Source of the DNA: Promethearchaeota archaeon
Lineage (GTDB): Archaea; Asgardarchaeota; Lokiarchaeia; Sigyniarchaeales; SOKP01
Assembly (NCBI GenBank): GCA_019058425.1
Contig: JAHPYZ010000010.1
Coordinates: 18,874-82,873, forward strand
Direction: 5' to 3'
Length of the DNA: 64,000 nucleotides
Shown here: in pieces, positions 21,741-27,587 of the stretch
How the letters are laid out: each line of letters starts with the position of its first letter
Numbering within the stretch: position 1 is the stretch's first letter
The notes under the pieces: model-generated
Told to the model about the DNA's origin: nothing
Databases searched by the model: none
The model's input: the letters and a program-made list of their open reading frames with translations, nothing else
Position numbers and translations under genes: made by a program

Positions 21741-22037
21741 TTATGAGTTTAAACATTTATTTAGAGTATTTACTAACTTTTGGTGTGTAAAAGGCTTATT
21801 CAGGAAACCCATCGCTCCATTAGCATACACTTCTTCTTTTATTGTCCTATCTGCACTAGCAAAAATAACTTTTGAATTATGATCAATTTGTAGGATTTCT
21901 TTTAAAGCATCCATACCATTTTTAATAGGCATTCTATAGTCCAAAATTATGATATCAGGCTTTTCAGAAAAAGAACTAAACATTTTTATTGCTTCCTCTC
22001 CATTATTAGCAATGCCTAGAACTTGAAAACCAGCCAT
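21741..22037 (-). CDS. CheY-like response regulator receiver domain
   Basis: DIIILDYRMPIKNGMD (phospho-acceptor Asp), VIFASAD, and the K of LNKPF. The N-terminal acidic pair (IFIAEDD) lies upstream of the first ATG, in the same open frame (open to 22136), with no ATG/GTG/TTG. Confidence 0.7.
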   Translation of the reverse strand: MAGFQVLGIANNGEEAIKMFSSFSEKPDIIILDYRMPIKNGMDALKEILQIDHNSKVIFASADRTIKEEVYANGAMGFLNKPFTHQKLVNTLNKCLNS

Positions 22038-22516
22038 TCCTAATAAAAGTTCATATAGTCTTTGAAGATCTCTATCATCTTCAGCAATAAAAATTGTCCT
22101 TATTCTTATATCACCTACAGAGTATCTAAACCCCTCTTATATCACTTCTGCTTTAGATAATTCCAAGACAGAGTTTTATAATAATTAATTGTACAAACCT
22201 ATTACAGAATTATTACTATTTATGCTTTGACATTTAAAAAAAACCATTAACTCATGAGCTATATTATAAAACTATAAAAATAAGAAGTATTTGAAAGTAA
22301 TTATCGAAAATTTTTTTTGTAGTCAAACCTACATGAACTTAGAGGATGAGCTTTTATCTTTCACCCTTTTCATAAATAATAAAAAATTAGAAATTTTATA
22401 ACAATGCATAAAGAATAGCGAGGGCATAAAAAATTACACCAATATCATCTAGCAATGAAATTATTGATGATGAAAAAGAATCTATTGGAAAAAGTATAGA
22501 TATTACACCAGAACAG

Positions 22517-23047
22517 TTGATATTCAAATGGAAGTATCAAAATGTAGATAAGAAACTAACATATGACATAAAACGATGCATAGGATGTTCATTATGTAAA
22601 ATAATATGCCCTGTTGATGCTATTGAGCTCGGTCCAATTCCAGATATAGCACAGGGAATACTTGATGAAAATAATCCAAAAATTTTAGTAGATCATGATA
22701 AATGCTGTTATTGTATGTTATGCGCAGTAGTATGTCCAAATGATGCATTTCATGAAAATATTACTCCTGAAAACCAAATTGACCTCAAAGAATACCCGTC
22801 TATAGGAAAGTTTTATAAAATAGACATGGAAAAATGTATTGAAGATTCCAAAAATGAGATTTGCAAGCTATGTTTAAATGCTAGGGATAGAAATAATGTT
22901 AAAGAATTCTTTAAAATTCAAAAAGAGTGTCCCGTTGAATGTTTTTCAATTAATTCTCCGATAAAAGGAGAAGTAATTATAAAGAAAAAGAGGATTTTCA
23001 TTCATTTTTTTAAGTATCTCCGAATTTTTATTCATCCCTATTATTAA
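22517..23047 (+). pseudogene. 5' half of a polyferredoxin gene (truncated paralogue of 30142..31218)
   Basis: Aligns to residues ~30-187 of the intact copy, at about 75% nt identity by eye. It keeps CIGCSLCKIICP and CCYCMLCAVVCP. Homology stops at ~22990 (GEVIIKKK) and is followed by an unrelated 18-codon tail. Homology also extends upstream to ~22430 without a canonical start. Confidence 0.7.
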
Positions 23048-23153
23048 GTATCATAAGCTTGAATTTAAGTAGGAAATGATGTCATTACGAAATCTTATAA
23101 TAGCAATAATAAAAATCCCTTTTTTATTGCAACATCGTTTTCTCACATATTTT

Positions 23154-23321
23154 TCAAATTCTATCATCTAATTGCTTCCATGCAAACGTTAGATCTGATA
23201 TTGTATATCTTCCCCAAAATTTGTGGATATTCCGCTCTTTAGGGAGATGCCAGTTTGATCGCTTTGAGATCGCTGCAAATACTTTTACATGGGCGAAGAT
23301 ATCCATTTTCCGTGTGTTCAT
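23154..23321 (-). CDS. short 55-aa ORF of unknown function (possible gene remnant)
   Basis: My own translation is MNTRKMDIFAHVKVFAAISKRSNWHLPKERNIHKFWGRYTISDLTFAWKQLDDRI. Local GC is about 40% against about 28% in the flanks. It is below the size cutoff of the ORF track. Confidence 0.25.
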   Translation of the reverse strand: MNTRKMDIFAHVKVFAAISKRSNWHLPKERNIHKFWGRYTISDLTFAWKQLDDRI

Positions 23322-23513
23322 GTGTTTAGTTGGAAAATAAGCTTAATTAAATTAATGGAAACCTTTGTGTAAATCTTTCCTTTATCAAAACTCACTAGAA
23401 TTCTGCAAAATTAATTCTAGCATTGAAAATATTATATCCTCAACAATATGTTTTAAATACTCAAAAATTAGAAATTTTTAAATAACAAGGAAATAAGAGA
23501 AAAGTACGCATTA

Positions 23514-23585
23514 GTAAAATAAATTTCAAAAGACATTAATAAAAGTAAAATAAATTTCAAAAGACATTAATAAAAGTAAAATAAA
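23514..23585 (+). repeat. 31-nt tandem direct repeat, 2.3 copies
   Basis: The unit gtaaaataaatttcaaaagacattaataaaa occupies 23514-23544 and 23545-23575 with perfect identity. A 10-nt partial third copy runs straight into the ATG at 23586. Confidence 0.9.
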
Positions 23586-25940
23586 ATGATAGTAAGAAAA
23601 ATATTGGCTGCTTTGGGGGGGAGAGATGATGACCATATTTTACAATTTGGTAGCTATAAAATTGAAGGAGAATTAGGTCATGGACAACAAGGAATAGTTT
23701 TACTAATAAAAAATAAAATAGAAAAATATTTTGCTTTAAAAATTTATGACCCAAAAAGAGATGAGGACCCAAAAATTCTAAAGCATGGTATTGATGATTT
23801 TATAAGAGAAGTGTCGATTTTAGTTACAACTAACCATAAAAATATAGTTAAAATCTTTACCGGAGGATATGCACAATGGAAGAATGATTCTGCTTGGGAA
23901 ATAAACGAAAATTTTCCTGAAAACTTAGATAAAGTAATTACTGATGAGACTTTTATTTTTTATTATATAATGAATTATATCGAGGGTTCAAACTTAATAA
24001 AAATTTTTCCAATTTTAGAATATATTAATGATAATGACGAAGAGAAATGGAAAAGTTATCATGGAAAGTCCGATCATAAAGAAATCATACTATTCGAAAG
24101 ATTAATCACCCAAATGTGTAACACTTTAATTTATCATAATGAGGAGGAAATCGTACATAAAGATTTAAAATCAGAAAATATCCTTTATAGTAAACGGGAT
24201 TCTAATTTCATTATTGTAGATTATGGTTTTGCACATCATTACACATCCCCACAAATCAATGGTACCATTTTAAATACTAAAGTCCTCGATATTCCTTCCA
24301 TTAAAGCTCATAATTATGAAAAAATGGATATGGGTCAATTTTCTACGATATTGTTTTTTCTCTTACCATTTTTCAAAAATCAGTATGATAAATTGAGATA
24401 TGAAGGGATTCAAGCCACTATTGAAAGTGGTAGGAACGAAACTCTCGAACATCGATTTAAGGATATGTATGAATTTTACAATTCAATTAAACATAATTTT
24501 ATTACTGGAATTGAATGGAAATTTCAAGTGAAACTAGATGAATATATGGGGCCAAATAATTTTGGGAGATTTAACCAAAAATTAAGAATTCCCGTTTCTG
24601 GGTCAATAATATTAACTGAAGAAGTGAGAAAAATAATTGATACAACAGAGTTTCAAAGATTAAGAGGGGTTAGACAATTAGGACCAACAATTGAAGTATA
24701 TCCTGGAGCAAATCATACTCGATTTGAGCATTCATTGGGAACATACCATCTATCTCTAAAGTACTTAGAACGATTATTAAAAATACCTGATTTTAGAGAA
24801 ATATGCCAACCATTAGATGAATCTATTAAATATTTTATACTTTCTGCATTATTGCATGATATTGGTCATTATCCTTATTCCCATTGGATAGAAGAAATGG
24901 ATTTTGAAGATAATATTTCATTTCCAAAACATGAAGAAAGAGCCGAGATTATTCTTAAAAAAAAAGAAATTAAGGATATCATCGAAAATGTTTGGAATGT
25001 TGATATAGATACGATTTCAGCGATAATTAGAGGTGATGAGATTTTCGAAGAGCAAGTAATTATGAACTCATTTATTAATTCAATAATAGATGTAGATAAG
25101 CTAGATTATCTAGTGCGCGATAGTATCCACTGTGGTGTGAATTATGGAAAAGGAATCGATATTGAACGATTTCTTGATTCATTATATTATATAAAGACCT
25201 CTAAACAAATAGCATTAACCGAGAAGGGTCGTACAGCCTTGTTATCATTATTAACATGCAGAAATATTCTTTATACATCGGTCTATTGGCATAAAACAGT
25301 AAGAGCTTGTGAAGCGATGTTTAAACGATATTTTTTTGAATACGTAGAAATAAATAAAAATAAATTAGAATATATTGAAAGTATATTTAATTTATCAGAT
25401 GACCATTTTGTTTTTACATTATATAATGATCTTAAAGATAATCCCTGTAATTTCTCTAATTTAATCTTGCCTTTTGTGTTTGGAGAAAGTTCTAGAGTGT
25501 TATATAAACCAATATATATTCATTATTTTTTTGGTCTATATATTGAAAAAAAACCTTATCATAACACATCAAAGTTCTTTGATTCTTTGCTTGATTATAG
25601 TTATGTAAAACTTGTAAAAGTTAGTAACGAATTAGTGAAAACTTTAAAAGTGATTATTCCTGAATTAAATGATCACGACATTTTAATAGAAAAAACCCCA
25701 ATAAAACTTCATCATGAAGAATATAAATTAAATCAATTCCAAATCTGGGATCAAAGACAAAAAAGACTAGAAAGTGTTCCTACAGAAGTTAAAACCCTTA
25801 ATACATATTTGAAAACATTCAAACAAGCATATATCTTCTGTAATCCAATATATAGCGAGCAACTAAAAGAAATTTTCCTCGATGATAAACAAAGAGAAAA
25901 AATTTTGGCTGTTATCAATAAAACAATAAAAAATTTATAG
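23586..25940 (+). CDS. Ser/Thr protein kinase fused to SAMHD1-like HD-domain dNTP triphosphohydrolase
   Basis: The N-terminal ~300 aa carry the Gly loop LGHGQQGIV, the VAIK-type lysine FALKIY, the catalytic loop HKDLKSENIL and DYGFA (DFG-like). The C-terminal part aligns by eye to the SAMHD1 core: TTEFQRLRGVRQLG, PGANHTRFEHSLGTYHL, LLHDIGHYPYSH and DVDKLDYLVRD. All His/Asp metal ligands are present. Confidence 0.85.
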   Translation: MIVRKILAALGGRDDDHILQFGSYKIEGELGHGQQGIVLLIKNKIEKYFALKIYDPKRDEDPKILKHGIDDFIREVSILVTTNHKNIVKIFTGGYAQWKNDSAWEINENFPENLDKVITDETFIFYYIMNYIEGSNLIKIFPILEYINDNDEEKWKSYHGKSDHKEIILFERLITQMCNTLIYHNEEEIVHKDLKSENILYSKRDSNFIIVDYGFAHHYTSPQINGTILNTKVLDIPSIKAHNYEKMDMGQFSTILFFLLPFFKNQYDKLRYEGIQATIESGRNETLEHRFKDMYEFYNSIKHNFITGIEWKFQVKLDEYMGPNNFGRFNQKLRIPVSGSIILTEEVRKIIDTTEFQRLRGVRQLGPTIEVYPGANHTRFEHSLGTYHLSLKYLERLLKIPDFREICQPLDESIKYFILSALLHDIGHYPYSHWIEEMDFEDNISFPKHEERAEIILKKKEIKDIIENVWNVDIDTISAIIRGDEIFEEQVIMNSFINSIIDVDKLDYLVRDSIHCGVNYGKGIDIERFLDSLYYIKTSKQIALTEKGRTALLSLLTCRNILYTSVYWHKTVRACEAMFKRYFFEYVEINKNKLEYIESIFNLSDDHFVFTLYNDLKDNPCNFSNLILPFVFGESSRVLYKPIYIHYFFGLYIEKKPYHNTSKFFDSLLDYSYVKLVKVSNELVKTLKVIIPELNDHDILIEKTPIKLHHEEYKLNQFQIWDQRQKRLESVPTEVKTLNTYLKTFKQAYIFCNPIYSEQLKEIFLDDKQREKILAVINKTIKNL

Positions 25941-26031
25941 AATTAAGATTTTTTAAATAAATTTTATTTTGATGAGATTAATAACCCTTATTAGTAGAAA
26001 ACCTTGAAATTTCATAGGTGATTTGTTTAAA

Positions 26032-26160
26032 ATGGAAAGAGTGGAGTTGCGGGTTCTTGCAAAGAACTTTAATGCAATAAAAGCTGTTTCTAATTATGTA
26101 GATTCTGTATATCTTGGAAGTGAAGAGATTAAAATTAGAATGCTTTCAAAAAATGATTAG
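26032..26160 (+). pseudogene. 42-codon fragment resembling the N-terminus of a peptidase U32 family protein
   Basis: My own translation is MERVELRVLAKNFNAIKAVSNYVDSVYLGSEEIKIRMLSKND. It resembles the ELLAPAG..E.lkAAi..GADaVYlG start of U32 proteins and then terminates. Confidence 0.3.
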
Positions 26161-26193
26161 AGGAATAAGAGATTTCATTAACATAAATCCAAC

Positions 26194-26730
26194 TTAAATT
26201 ATTTCTGGTTCTTTTAAAATCTCATACCATCTTTGGATTTTAGAAAACCATCTCTCAATTGCATTCACACCATCTACTAAAGCACCCTTACTTTGTTGGA
26301 TATAACCCAATATTTGGGGATTTATACTGGTTGCAATATTTTCCCCACATCTAAAATCGCTTCTTAAAGCAAAAATCGGTCCCCGTTCAATTCCAGTATA
26401 ATATCCAATTTCACTTGCGACACCATCATCAATTTGATGTCCTCCATCTAAAACTGCTAGGAGACAATCAGAATCACGCATTAGCATATTATTTATATGG
26501 GGAATTTTATTATTAAATTCGATGCAATATTTTAATCTATCCTCATATTTTTCTAATTTTGATAAATAATCATTATTAAATTTTTTTCCACACTCTAAAA
26601 ATGGATCATTTATAAGAATTCCAATTTCTTGGATTTTTGGCTTAATTAATTTTTCCAAAACATACCTTCCAGTTTCAGAGAATCCAAATTGATTTGCGAG
26701 ATATGCTTTTACTTGCTTCATATTATTCAA
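26194..26730 (-). CDS. nucleoside 2-deoxyribosyltransferase / DNPH1(Rcl)-family protein
   Basis: N-terminal YLANQFGF (YxAGPxF-like) and the catalytic-Glu region LDGGHQIDDGVASEIGYYTG...GPIFAL, as in PF05014-type proteins. Confidence 0.7.
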   Translation of the reverse strand: MNNMKQVKAYLANQFGFSETGRYVLEKLIKPKIQEIGILINDPFLECGKKFNNDYLSKLEKYEDRLKYCIEFNNKIPHINNMLMRDSDCLLAVLDGGHQIDDGVASEIGYYTGIERGPIFALRSDFRCGENIATSINPQILGYIQQSKGALVDGVNAIERWFSKIQRWYEILKEPEII

Positions 26731-26896
26731 ACTAGAATATCTATTATTTGTTAAAATTTATATTCTTTCTCAGCAGAAAAAACTTGTTCTTCTAGGAAGG
26801 ATTTGTTATTGATCTTAATTCTTAAATTCTTATTCGATTCTGATCGTAAATTAATTCTTTAGCCTCTACTGTTAAAGCCTTTATCTCGGAGTTCTA

Positions 26897-27268
26897 CTAA
26901 TTCTTCGGTATTCTGGTCACTTTTCCAAGCAGTAAAAAAGTGTTTAGATTAAGACAATTGACTTGAACCTGGATTATTATTTTCTGGAAAAATAATTGCA
27001 TAATAAATGTTTCTTTATGTTGTAATTTTAATTTAATTCGGATATCATAAAGTAGATCTTTTACAATAATACAAATGTCTTCTGTAACTTCAAAAATTCC
27101 TCGTCCAGTGTTAAATACATAAGTAATAATATCCATCTGTTCATGGATAAAAATTAGATCACATTCCTCACAAGCAACTCCAATACTAAATCTAGGCTTA
27201 TAGGTATATGGGGGATTATTTATTTTCTTAAAACAAATTGAACACTCATCAAATCCTTTTATTAGCAC
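26897..27268 (-). CDS. small Cys-rich (Zn-ribbon-like) hypothetical protein
   Basis: GTG start. CSIC...(20 aa)...CEEC sits in the N-terminal half. The C-terminal half is low complexity, so the true length is uncertain. Confidence 0.35.
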   Translation of the reverse strand: MLIKGFDECSICFKKINNPPYTYKPRFSIGVACEECDLIFIHEQMDIITYVFNTGRGIFEVTEDICIIVKDLLYDIRIKLKLQHKETFIMQLFFQKIIIQVQVNCLNLNTFLLLGKVTRIPKN

Positions 27269-27587
27269 AAATTAAAATTGAGTATTTTGTATCTAATGAA
27301 ACTTTTTTATTCCTATTTTTATACATTATATCAATATGTTAGAATGGAATAACTTTTAGCAATTAATTAGAGTTATCATGATAAACGTTAGAGAATTTAG
27401 CAATATGATACTCAAGAGTTGGATCACAAAATTCTTATAGAGATTACAGATAAATAAAAGATTTTTTTATAAATTTAAAAAGATCATAGTAATAATATTA
27501 ATAGGAATAAAAGTTTCATACAAAATTGCGATTTACTCTGTAAATATTTCAGGTAAATCATATCTAATTCAGACAGGGTATTTTAAT

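Noticed and set aside
22382-23478. The 16-nt string aaaaattagaaatttt occurs at 22382-22397 and again at 23463-23478. Each copy is followed by ...ataacaa and lies ~110-135 nt upstream of the ferredoxin fragment and of the kinase-dNTPase gene respectively. I considered these as att-like or promoter repeats.
   Set aside because: The sequence is a low-complexity A/T string in ~28% GC spacer DNA. The two copies do not bracket the insertion breakpoints (22990 and 34550). I cannot exclude chance or a generic promoter element without genome-wide counts.
23514-23585. Possible miniature CRISPR array.
   Set aside because: There are only 2.3 directly abutting copies with no spacers between them. The repeat is AT-rich and non-palindromic, and no cas genes are in the window. 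I saw no other regularly spaced repeats anywhere.
23557-23772. 71-aa minus-strand ORF overlapping the tandem repeat and the 5' end of the kinase-dNTPase gene.
   Set aside because: It is antisense to a strongly supported gene, its translation is hydrophobic low-complexity sequence, and it has no motif.
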